Below are positions 50,301-59,900 of a stretch of 64,000 nucleotides of DNA, in pieces. The stretch's first letter is position 1. Each line of letters starts with the position of its first letter. The notes beneath the pieces were generated by a model, which was not told where the DNA came from, ran no database searches, and saw only the letters and a program-made list of their open reading frames with translations. The translations under genes and the position numbers were made by a program. Location: the IMG/VR virus record IMGVR_UViG_3300034095_001964; one strand, written 5' to 3'. The DNA is from an uncultured virus (IMG/VR IMGVR_UViG_3300034095_001964). Its lineage: Duplodnaviria > Heunggongvirae > Uroviricota > Caudoviricetes.

Positions 50301-51415
50301 ATCGCGAATGGATGGAAGATGCAACGCAACGTCCTCTTCTTGAGTTGAATCGCAGCTATCTAAATTCCCAGTGGAAGGCTTCATGGGCCGAAACGAAGGC
50401 TGGTGGATACCCGCGCAGGACCTATGGCCGGGAAATTGCACATATCAGTGCCGGTGCAGGGTTATACCTGCAGACTGATGTGAGTGATGCCACAAAACGG
50501 CAGTTGTTAATCAATATGTGTCAGTGGGGCATCGATGTCTATGGCTTGTTGGGTGCGGGAATGCCGGGAATGCAGTGGCAAGCTAACGGTGGACACCAAC
50601 ATGGAAGATTGCTGCCTCTTTATATTGCTGCCAAGGTGTTGGTAGACGCGGAAATGCTTGACAAATGCGGTGCAACAAACGACCTTGAACGAACTGCTTT
50701 TCAAGAATATGGACAACACTGGATCGTTGAGCAACTGGATGTTGACACTCCGCGAGTCACCAAAGTCCCGCCGCTTGTGCCATACACCACAGATCAAATT
50801 GGAATGCCGGAATGGTCGTCAAATGCCATATGGGAAAGAGACCAGGCTTCTTCTTATTTTCCGGAAGCAAGTTATCGCTGGCTTAATGGTGCACCCAATT
50901 GCGGAATGGTTGCCACTGCTCTTTTGATGGGTGGCCGAGCCGAGATTGGTTACGAGCCGCTATTCCGATATATTATTGAACGTCATTATCCGTACGTTAG
51001 GGCTCTCGCAGACAAGACACTTCCTGAATACGCAGACATTCCAACACTATTCACACGTGATATGTGGGATGCCTATGTAGACACCAATACAGGCGCAACT
51101 GGCGCAACTGGCGCAACTGGCGCAACTGGCGCAACTGGCGCAACTGGCGCAACTGGATTGCCGCCAGGCCTAACACTAAATACCGTCACTGGCCTCATAA
51201 GTGGTACTCCTACAACGGCTGGTACTTATCCGCTTACTGTGAGCGCAACAAATGCTAGCGGCACTGGCACAAAGGCATTGACCATTACCATAAATCCAGC
51301 CGCTATTCCAGTTCCTAATATTACAAGTGATTCTACTGCAACAGGACACACAGGAGTTGCTTTCACTTATCAAATCACGGCAACTGGTAATCCAACATCA
51401 TTCGCTGCATATTAG
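47393..51415 (+). CDS. large modular virion protein 1 (two enzyme-like modules, SH3-like, split Ig halves)
   Basis: 1340 aa; repeated ITWTF..G.F.NG..WVVGPV module; paralogue of 51436..56955. Confidence 0.8.
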   Translation: MATFIDVQTDSALDKITWTFSQDCQTGTFANGEPWVVGPVTIVNISPKPTDTPDIRRVSAINGPQKETVLRTVSQPKNAVGTLAWPHGPLQDPNSNTPRQGVGTVWHGSMINPTLDDWGSSQYSGYYAPPNGFDTRIDYSRSDSTAAEVTASVSTYKNALNVALKVCEGAANGVTNFTLQAGDMLFSARSYVNPNPADSGKDGSYYSTCLQKIAVLTVLSAAPPTGSFRPSLWGTDKTVNWNISDIDWSVFKELSLPAGSGSDTTAAFTYEDMTKIMPSLPWIEWHDNATTSLSIPTLNSSALLSFNDPTYYIKQSNTSYPNGTWFDTGAAAGESYDISGAVVREAAAYGREAADKFGSVALWLNTGSLTDDKKRIAYRYIQNGLDIFDWLYKYDSATSSWIRRGPTSFSPDGAHRQGRKLPVVVAAACLGAKPGAATTALKYAAGQWKAVNGTVSGEGFAEDATVFTVNTGDLTRTINPPSGSWAGRPFATYDKSWLGKADWGIQHSRSPTDDNAYQDSTYRSVQHMESSWLACRLMNLHTVWNHDAATVLYFERYHGPAAGAILTATTNTASFMYARMMPAYFNLFFIGRKIVTKQATAVRGAAGSGSSTNFTANKVGTIIAGPTNITGVNWWQIRYKNGPTLATPLTGWSPETDINVLGAGFNTTIDGRGGIFEAGKAVSLITSVPDASVYYTTSAINSPVTTPADYDSSSGVAKLNPGSTIGTSSYSLPSGVDTVFTTAIVREGYDMSDVTSATYRIDSSGKPVQPSQSRGVASSTQPEPALIFGPTSTLTQYGITWTFASQLALGQYGQFVNGDWWVVGPVDISNINPKTVSGGDPINGSMLNPIPNEPQGLCNRGEPGELPLYAPAKNIALQLPYSVAPENSVYSTMDNPDTYVVPADPSRPQEKTYFKETAVLTVLSVAPPAGSFRPPYAGTAKTIKGNWKESSMNYAVLRKLAAPIPANVPNREWMEDATQRPLLELNRSYLNSQWKASWAETKAGGYPRRTYGREIAHISAGAGLYLQTDVSDATKRQLLINMCQWGIDVYGLLGAGMPGMQWQANGGHQHGRLLPLYIAAKVLVDAEMLDKCGATNDLERTAFQEYGQHWIVEQLDVDTPRVTKVPPLVPYTTDQIGMPEWSSNAIWERDQASSYFPEASYRWLNGAPNCGMVATALLMGGRAEIGYEPLFRYIIERHYPYVRALADKTLPEYADIPTLFTRDMWDAYVDTNTGATGATGATGATGATGATGATGLPPGLTLNTVTGLISGTPTTAGTYPLTVSATNASGTGTKALTITINPAAIPVPNITSDSTATGHTGVAFTYQITATGNPTSFAAY
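51092..51154 (+). repeat. perfect tandem repeat (GGCGCAACT)x7 encoding (Gly-Ala-Thr)7
   Basis: Counted directly. Confidence 0.95.
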
Positions 51416-51435
51416 TAGCATAAATAAATACACAC

Positions 51436-54400
51436 ATGGCAACGGCATCATCAATCACCATAGATACAGATTCAGTACTGGATAGAATTAAATGGACATT
51501 TAGTCAAGACCGCCAAATTGGTACATTCGCAAACGGTGAACCGTGGGTGGTTGGTCCAGTTACCATCACTGATATTTTTCCAAAGCCGTTAGACACGCCA
51601 GATATACGCCGAACAACCAGTCTTAAGCATGGCCAGACCGTGTTGCAAACAGTAGCGCAATCCAAAAATGTTTCAGATGATTTACAATGGCCTTTTGGTC
51701 CGTTGCAAAATAGCTCTAATACAGTTGGAGGAGTTGGAGATGTTTGGCATGGCTCGATGATTAATCCAGAGATTAATGCTATATATTCATCGAGTGGGTT
51801 TGATACACGGATTTTCTCTAGCGAGGCAACCTCAGCGACTGATCGCCGAAATAAGAGCGGCTTATATAAAAATACGCTTAATGTTGCTCTAAGTGTTTGT
51901 GATGGAGGTCCTAATAATGGTGCGGGCTTTACACTTCAACCTGGCGATGTTTTGTGGTCTGCTAGAAGCTTTGTTTCGACTAACCCTGGCGATTCTGGCC
52001 AGTCAGGTACATACGGCGCTGCGTGTTTGCAAAAGATAGCAGTACTTACGGTATTGTCGGCTGCACCACCAGCTGGCAGCTTTCGGCCGTCGCTATGGGG
52101 CACCGATAGGTCGATCAATTGGAACATAAGTGATATTGACTGGAGTGTGTTTAAGAGTCATGCTTTGCCACCAGCTGCTGGTGCCGACACCACGGCAGAT
52201 TTTACATATGCGCAAATGCTTACCATGATGCCGTCATTACCACGGATTGAATGGGCAGATCATTCACTAGCTAGTTTTTGGGGGCCATGGCAAAATAATA
52301 GACACACAATAGAGTTTAGTAATACTCTGACATACAGTGTGCCAAGTAACGACGCTTACCCCAACGGGTCATGGTTTAGCAATGATGCCGTAGCGGCTGC
52401 AAGGGGTGAATCATATAATATACGTTCCGGTATATCGGTTGAAGGAGGTATGTTTGGTCAACCAACAGCAGTAAAATTTGGCTGGGTTGCGCTATGGTTG
52501 AATACTGGCGCATTAACCGAAGAAAAGAAAACTATTGCTTATCGGTATATACAGAATGGCTTGGATATGTTTGATTGGCTTTTTAAGCGCGATACAACAA
52601 CAGGAGAATGGAGTAGGAGAGGTTATACCGGCTTTGCTCCAAATGGCGGACACCGCCAAGGGCGTAAGTTGCCAGTTGTTGTTGCGGCAGCTTGCCTTGG
52701 CGCTAAGACCGGTGCAGCGACTACAGCCTTAAAGTATGCTGCAAGCGAGTGGAAAGCAGTAAGCGGTACAAGATCATATGAAGGTTTTGCTGAAGATGCT
52801 GCTGTATTTACAATAAACACTGGTGACATCAGACGCACTCTCGTTGAAAGTGTTTGGGGTGAGCCAGTACCATTTGAATTGTATAATAAGACCTGGTTGG
52901 GTAAAGCGGATTGGGGAATTACTCATAGTTACAAGCCAGATAGTGACAATGCGTATCACAACAGTCCTTATCGAGACAATCAACAAATGCAAAACGCGTG
53001 GTTGGCCTGTCGAATAATGGGTCTAACGCCTCTATGGAATCATGATGCCGCCACAGTTTTATATTTTGAAAGATATCATGGCCCAGCTGCAGGTGCACAA
53101 CTAGCCGCTTATACAGATACAAGCACCTTTATGTATAAGCGGATGATGCCTGCATATTTTAACTTGTTTTTCGTAGGTCGTAAAATTGTTACCAATAATA
53201 CTACAGCGGTCCGAAGCGCAGCGACTGGCGGCACAACGCTATCAACCTTTCTAGTCAATAAAGTAGGTACAATTATTGCTGGTCCAGTTCTAGTAGGCGC
53301 TGTTAATTGGTGGCAGATTCGTTATAAAAATGGAGCTACCTTAGCAACGCAGTTAACTGGCTGGAGCCCTGAAACTGATATTAATGTATTAGGCTCTGGA
53401 TTTAATACAACCATTGACGGTCGCGGCGGCATATTTGAAGCAGGTAAAGCCGTAAGTCTAATTACCAGCGTGCCTGATGCAAGTGTCTATTATACAACGA
53501 GTACACCGGGCGATACGACGCTTAATGTTACCAATTCAGGGACTAGCGCGTATATTATCAACAGCGCACCCAACCCAACTCTATCCTTTGTACGAGGTCG
53601 GCGCTACATCATTAATGTTAACACTCTCGGTCACCCGTTTTGGATTCAAACGGTTCCAGGAGCCTACTCTCCAGACAATGTGTATACTACTGTACCGACC
53701 AATAGTGATGGTATTACTTATGCTGGACTTGGAACAAGGGTCGTTACCCAGAACAACGGTGCTGCCGTTGGAATAATTACGATTGATGTACAGTATGATG
53801 CTCCTCAACTTTATTATGTTTGTGGAAATCACTCAAGTATGGCGGGGTCGATCTCTGTGTCAGACTCTACGCCAGCCGACTATGACTCTTCTTCTGGCGT
53901 TGCAAAGTTAAACCCAGGCAGTACCATAGGCAACATCAGTTATAGTTTGCCGTCTGGTGTTGATACAGTCTTTACCACTGCAATTGTGCGTGAAGGCTAT
54001 GATATGTCCGATGTTACTAGTGCAACATACCGCATTGACAGCAGCGGCAAACCAGTTCAGCCATCACAATCAAGGGGCGTTGCATCATCGACGCAGCCTG
54101 AGCCAGCATTGATTTTTGCTCCAACAAATACGCTTACTAAAAATGACGTTACTTGGACTTTCTCTGAGAGCAAACAAGTTGGCCAGTATGCTAATGGCGA
54201 TTGGTGGGTGGTTGGGCCGGTGACCATCACGTCTGTTACGCCCGACACTATACGCACCACCGGGAGTGAACGCCACGGGATGATGGTAAATCCCGGGAAT
54301 GGCGATTATACTGAACCAGCGCCTGGAAGCGGCGTCACGCCATGGCATGGTTTTGATAGTCGAATACAGTGGCATGAGTATAAGGCCAATTTAAACGTCG

Positions 54401-56955
54401 CTTTGCCTTATACGGCCGCAGTCAACAGTTCGGTGGTTAAATCAGTATCGCATGTCCCAGATGTGCCAGCTGGACGTTCAACGGGCCATCCACTGTATAT
54501 TAAGGATTATCAAATTTTAACTGTGGTAGCAGTGGCACCAGCATCTAATAGTTTTCGCCCACCTTATCGTGGCGATGGCAGTCGCACGAGCACCTGGACC
54601 AAGGCTGATTTAAAATATAATAAGCTGGCAATGCGGCCTAAAGCACAAGTGCTTACGTATTTGCCAGACAAGGCTGCGCTTGAGGCTGCCTTTTCCAATG
54701 TATGGTTTGAATATAGCGGTGCTTGGCTAGGCCGTTATACACACCCATTCTATATGGCTCCTAGCGGTTATGGACGGGATATTGCGAACAACACCGGAGA
54801 CGCAGCGTTGTTGCTAAATCTGGACTACACAGCTGCCGAAAAGGAAAGTTTACTGATTGGGTTGGTTCAATATGGCATTGACATTGCTGGTATTATTGCT
54901 AAAGGCGGATCGTGGATGGCTGACGGCGGCCATAACATTGGCCGACTATCGCCGTTGATTATTGCAGCATTTGTTTTGGACGATACAACTTTAAAGAACT
55001 ATACTAAAGGCATAGCACAAAAGTTCCAAGAATATCAACAAACTTTCTTTGTAGAGCAAGCGGATATTGATCGTAACGGTTTAGTCGGCTCGGCTGGCAA
55101 TGGTGATTTTCCAGTTCTTTACGCACCCAGAGATCTTGGAATGCCTGAGTGGGGCATTCGGCATGGAAGTGGATTTCCCACTTGGGATAACAATTTCTGG
55201 CAAGCGTCCTATCGTGATATTAACGGTGGTGCATTTACTGCACCAGCAATGGCAGCAAAAGTAATGGGAGCCCGTGCTTATATTGACTATGAGCCATTCT
55301 TTAAATATGCCGAGCGACACGTAGATTTTGAGCGCAGCAGCTCGTATGGCGGTGAACTTAGTTCCAACTTTACACCAGGCTTTCATTCAGATTTTCATGG
55401 CGCATTTAATGATGCTCCTCTTGGTTATACCGCTGGATCGATTGATGTGGCATGGAGCGCAGCTGCCGGAGCAGTAACTGAGTATAGAGTATACACTAAA
55501 CTTGCATCAGATAGCACCTTTACGCTTGCCCAAACACTGCCGTCAACCGCGCGCTCAACAACGGTCAGCAGCCTTGCTTTTAGTACCAACTATACCATTG
55601 AAGTTGGTGCATACAATTCAAGCACACAGATAGAAACTACAGTACTCAGCCCATACAATCGATATACACCGCCTCAGTATTCGCCATATCGTGGTGCTGG
55701 TGTCGTAAGCGCCTGGGGAAAGCTACCTACCAACGGCTCGTTTGCTGTGGCATGGAGCGCGGCCACGCCTACACCATCTGATTATGCAGTATATGTTAAA
55801 CGCTCAGGGCGGCCAGACGACGAATATGAATTGTATGAAACAGTGCCGTCAAATGTATTGTCCACCGCCATTAAGGATCGTGTTTTTAGAACTGACTATA
55901 TCATTAGAGTTGATGCACGTACTGCGGTTACACCAGCAACCAGTCCGGCTACCTATACTTCCGCCACTGTTCTCACTACATCTGCGCTACGTGCTGTTGA
56001 GGCGATTAGTGGCAATGCAATAACAATTGTCATTCCAACCCGGCCAGCTGGTTATCCAGCACCAACCAGTTACAAAGGATACTATCGTACAGGATATGGT
56101 CTGCCGTGGAACGATGGCCCCAAGAGCGCTGCGTCTCAATTGTCGTTTATTGGACTAGCGCCAAATACTCAATATCAAATAAAAGTAACACCTTATTTTG
56201 AAAACCCCGATGCTGTCAATGGAGTTGCTCAAACAATTTCTGAAGGGCCAGATTCCAATATGGTTCTCTGTTATGTTTCACAGTCCATCATAACAATGCC
56301 GCCTGGCCTAACGCTAAATACGGTCAGCGGCCTAATAAGTGGCACTCCTACAACGGCTGGCACTTATCCGCTCACGCTAAGTGCAACAAATGCCAGCGGC
56401 ACTGGTACCAAGGCATTGACCATTACCATAAGTCCCGCTGCTGCTGTCTGGAGCGCTGGCCCTTGGACAAACGACGCCGATTCAGGAATCATTGGCACGT
56501 CTGCATACACTGTTGCCGTGAATTTGGCCGGTGCCGCAGTCACCGTGAACGGCGTGAATTTCCAGAGCAGTGTCACAAGCGGCCCTAACTTTTCGATTGG
56601 CGGAAGCATTAGCAATTTTGTACGAGAGTCAGCTGTCACTGGCAACAGTGCAACGCTAGCGTTGGATTTCATTTATGCTGGCGATCCCCGCACGGTGACG
56701 CTTACCAACCTTACTCCTGGATCAACGTATGAGACAAGTTTGTTTTCCTATGGCTGGGAAGCATCTGGACGCGTTCAAACGTTCACGTCTGGCAGCAATA
56801 CGCTTACGCTTGATCAAGATGTTTATGGCATTAACAACGGGATTCGCATTGTATACACCTTTGTGGCGGACAACACTGGTACTAAGGTGTTGACCATCAC
56901 GCCAGCCACTGCCAATACCTTCCACCTGGCTGCACTAGCTAACCGGTTGGTATAA
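51436..56955 (+). CDS. large modular virion protein 2 (two enzyme-like modules, cupredoxin-like insert, Fn3 repeats, Ig C-half)
   Basis: 1839 aa; N-terminal ~900 aa closely similar to 47393..51415. Confidence 0.8.
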   Translation: MATASSITIDTDSVLDRIKWTFSQDRQIGTFANGEPWVVGPVTITDIFPKPLDTPDIRRTTSLKHGQTVLQTVAQSKNVSDDLQWPFGPLQNSSNTVGGVGDVWHGSMINPEINAIYSSSGFDTRIFSSEATSATDRRNKSGLYKNTLNVALSVCDGGPNNGAGFTLQPGDVLWSARSFVSTNPGDSGQSGTYGAACLQKIAVLTVLSAAPPAGSFRPSLWGTDRSINWNISDIDWSVFKSHALPPAAGADTTADFTYAQMLTMMPSLPRIEWADHSLASFWGPWQNNRHTIEFSNTLTYSVPSNDAYPNGSWFSNDAVAAARGESYNIRSGISVEGGMFGQPTAVKFGWVALWLNTGALTEEKKTIAYRYIQNGLDMFDWLFKRDTTTGEWSRRGYTGFAPNGGHRQGRKLPVVVAAACLGAKTGAATTALKYAASEWKAVSGTRSYEGFAEDAAVFTINTGDIRRTLVESVWGEPVPFELYNKTWLGKADWGITHSYKPDSDNAYHNSPYRDNQQMQNAWLACRIMGLTPLWNHDAATVLYFERYHGPAAGAQLAAYTDTSTFMYKRMMPAYFNLFFVGRKIVTNNTTAVRSAATGGTTLSTFLVNKVGTIIAGPVLVGAVNWWQIRYKNGATLATQLTGWSPETDINVLGSGFNTTIDGRGGIFEAGKAVSLITSVPDASVYYTTSTPGDTTLNVTNSGTSAYIINSAPNPTLSFVRGRRYIINVNTLGHPFWIQTVPGAYSPDNVYTTVPTNSDGITYAGLGTRVVTQNNGAAVGIITIDVQYDAPQLYYVCGNHSSMAGSISVSDSTPADYDSSSGVAKLNPGSTIGNISYSLPSGVDTVFTTAIVREGYDMSDVTSATYRIDSSGKPVQPSQSRGVASSTQPEPALIFAPTNTLTKNDVTWTFSESKQVGQYANGDWWVVGPVTITSVTPDTIRTTGSERHGMMVNPGNGDYTEPAPGSGVTPWHGFDSRIQWHEYKANLNVALPYTAAVNSSVVKSVSHVPDVPAGRSTGHPLYIKDYQILTVVAVAPASNSFRPPYRGDGSRTSTWTKADLKYNKLAMRPKAQVLTYLPDKAALEAAFSNVWFEYSGAWLGRYTHPFYMAPSGYGRDIANNTGDAALLLNLDYTAAEKESLLIGLVQYGIDIAGIIAKGGSWMADGGHNIGRLSPLIIAAFVLDDTTLKNYTKGIAQKFQEYQQTFFVEQADIDRNGLVGSAGNGDFPVLYAPRDLGMPEWGIRHGSGFPTWDNNFWQASYRDINGGAFTAPAMAAKVMGARAYIDYEPFFKYAERHVDFERSSSYGGELSSNFTPGFHSDFHGAFNDAPLGYTAGSIDVAWSAAAGAVTEYRVYTKLASDSTFTLAQTLPSTARSTTVSSLAFSTNYTIEVGAYNSSTQIETTVLSPYNRYTPPQYSPYRGAGVVSAWGKLPTNGSFAVAWSAATPTPSDYAVYVKRSGRPDDEYELYETVPSNVLSTAIKDRVFRTDYIIRVDARTAVTPATSPATYTSATVLTTSALRAVEAISGNAITIVIPTRPAGYPAPTSYKGYYRTGYGLPWNDGPKSAASQLSFIGLAPNTQYQIKVTPYFENPDAVNGVAQTISEGPDSNMVLCYVSQSIITMPPGLTLNTVSGLISGTPTTAGTYPLTLSATNASGTGTKALTITISPAAAVWSAGPWTNDADSGIIGTSAYTVAVNLAGAAVTVNGVNFQSSVTSGPNFSIGGSISNFVRESAVTGNSATLALDFIYAGDPRTVTLTNLTPGSTYETSLFSYGWEASGRVQTFTSGSNTLTLDQDVYGINNGIRIVYTFVADNTGTKVLTITPATANTFHLAALANRLV

Positions 56956-56958
56956 ATA
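56951..56958 (+). promoter_or_regulatory. T4-type late promoter
   Basis: TATAAATA overlapping the upstream stop codon, ATG at 56971. Confidence 0.65.
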
Positions 56959-56970
56959 GTGTTAATTGTG

Positions 56971-59900
56971 ATGGATGATACCACTGAAATAACAGCCAAA
57001 TTAACTCCGCCGTCCACCATATATGCTAAGATGGTAGGAGCTGCAGGCGCGGTTGCTTCAGTGAGAGCAGCAGCTAATTCCATGCCGTCCACCATATATG
57101 CTAAGGCTGTAGGAGCTGTAGGCGCGAGTGGAGCATCTGGTGCTAGTGGAGCTAGTGGTGCAAGTGGCCTTACCGGTGCATCAGGAGCTAGTGGAGCATC
57201 TGGCGCCAGTGGCATTGTTGGAGCATCTGGCATCGCTGGTGCTAGTGGAGCATCTGGCATCGCTGGTGCTAGTGGAGCTAGTGGAGCATCTGGTGCCAGT
57301 GGCCTTACTGGTGCATCTGGTGCTAGTGGAGCGTCTGGTATTGTTGGTGCTAGTGGAGCTAGTGGTGCATCTGGTGCCAGTGGCCTTACTGGTGCATCTG
57401 GTGCTAGTGGAGCGTCTGGTATTGTTGGTGCTAGTGGCCTTACAAGTATTACAAACGGCCCAGTGACAATTTCAAACGGGGTATCTGCTATTGCTAACTC
57501 CGCGCTATCTATCGCGCAAACTAATGGGTTAACCGAATCCATAGTATTGCCATCGCTTGTAGCATTTTTCGGCGACTCTATAATAGGGCAAGGGCAAAGC
57601 AATACGCCAGAGGGTAGTATTTTTCCAGGCAATCTATTCCCAGGCTGGGTTAAGTTTACCTTGAATGGGCGTATTGATTTCCTAACACGCAATGAATTTT
57701 ATGGCGCTCAAACTTTTGGGTATTCCGGTTATAAAATAAATGACTTGCGCGGTACAGTACTTTCTGACGGAGTGACTACAGATCAGGGAGCTGTTGCTGT
57801 TCGATCTGCTGCTTTAATTAGAAGCTCAAATGGTCCTCTTGCTCAATTATTATCAAGAATATCAGAAAAAAACGTATTGATTGTGGAGATGTCAGGCACC
57901 AATGACGTCATTAGTGACATCTATATCGCGGCCAGTTTCCATGCGACAAAAAGAGGCAATTTATGGAGAGAAATGATCGCGGCGGGAATTCCAGCAAAAC
58001 GCATCGTGGCTTTAGAACTGCCACCTATTGGAGGCAATGCTGGGCGGATGACGCAAGTAACAGCAGTTAATGCTTTATGCGCAGCAGATGCAGCGACATT
58101 AGGAATTTATTGGTTACCTTACCCGACAATTATGCTTTCTGCTGGCACTGCTAACGCTGGTTATTACCGACAAGATTTAATTCATCCAAATACGCTTGGC
58201 GCAAAAACATTTGGTGAAAATGTTGCTGCTTTTATAAGCTCTATGGTTTCAACCACTGCGGTTGATATACCCATTTCGTCTGATCCAAGATGGCTAACAC
58301 CCAACCCTAATGTTACTGGCTCTACTGGCGTTGCTGGCACCGGCAGCAACGTCAGCTATTTTGGAAACATAGCTACCAGTTGGGTTGCTAGTGCTCCATC
58401 TGCCAATGTGACCGCAACTTTTTCTAAAATCGTTAATGCGGCTAACCAAAATATTTTAAGAGTGGTGGTGTCTGGAACAAACCGCCAAGGCTCGTTTGGC
58501 CTTATCGTCTCCTCCACAAATGCTGCGTTGCCAGCAGGAACTAGTTATCGAATTGTTGCACGATTAAAGGGAAGTGGATTTTCAAACATAAATATAATGG
58601 GTGTATCAAGCGCGCCCGGTGCAGTTGGTGTCAACGTTCAACTGGCGCAAGATTCATCATTTGCTAGCCAGGACAATACATTGGACCTTGGTGACTTTGA
58701 TGGCGTGTTTGAATCGCCAGTTGTGCAAACGTCCAATGCACAATCTAGCACATCCATAGCATTGTGGTTTAACTTCTCAGGCCAAGGCACTGTTGATATT
58801 TCACAAGCCGGCATACTAGAAGTGTTGCCTTTTCCTACTAGACCTAGCCTCCCGCTCAACACCGCTACTGTAGCTGGTAGTTACATAGGATCATACACCG
58901 TTAAGACGTCAGATAGTGTACTTTTTGGCGATGCCTCAATCACAAACCCTATGATATTTACGCTTCCATTAGCCGCATCTGTTACAGGCAAACAATTTAG
59001 GCTTAAAAAAATAGATGCAAGCGCTGGAGTTGTTCGATTTGCAACCAGCGGTGGCCAGACAATTGATGGAGCAGCTACCGCCGATCTTACTAAGCAATGG
59101 GAGACTGTAGAGGTAACGTCTAATGGGAATAATTATTTTAAGGATACTGGCGCCTACCTTGCATTGTCGGGTGGAACTGTTACTGGCAACATAGATCTAC
59201 TAGGAACTATGACTGCGACAGGAAATATTGGTATAGGAGCGGCTTCACCTTCCGCGAAATTACATAGCGTGGCTACAACGGAACAATTGCGTCTGGGTTA
59301 TGACAATTCAAACTATATAAGCGCGACGGTTAGTTCACTTGGTCGAGTTACTTTAGATGCAGTTGGTGCGAGCGGAGCAACTGGTGCTGGGTTTATATTG
59401 GCCAAACAAACTCAACTGACCGGGCAAACAATAGTAGACAACAATAGTGCTATAACCAAAGGTTGGGTTGGAATGGCATCCCAGATGAATCAAAGCAACA
59501 TTGGAGCAAATGGTCTTTGGGCACTTATAACAACCGCTCAAGCAGGAACCTATTTGGGAAGTAATACTGCAGGAGAGATACGCCTAGATGCAGCGGATGC
59601 AACAAACTTTGGTAGCATTACTGTCAATCTAGGCGCATTTTCTGGAATTGGCCCGACTAGTAGTCTTGCACCCAACAGACAGCCCAACTTTAATTTTTCT
59701 AATAGAGTTGGGTTTTCGTTTTTTATTAAGAGTACTGGAGATAGTTTTAACCCAAGCTTGCAATCATGGGCTTACGCTATTGGTTCCTATGATTCTTTCG
59801 CGTCGCATACAATCCAAAGTTTATATCCGCTAAATCAAAGTACAGGCGGGTATCGTGCTTATATTTGTGTTACGTGTATAAATGGCGAAGTGGTTCTTCG

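Noticed and set aside
45960..51440. Stop-codon readthrough or recoding rejoining the split Ig halves
   Set aside because: The complementary halves are about 5 kb apart, 47393 and 51436 are in different frames, and TAA/TAG/TGA all act as normal stops elsewhere
47393..56955. Diversity-generating retroelement TR/VR pair
   Set aside because: No reverse transcriptase in the window; both copies are coding and differences are not adenine-specific
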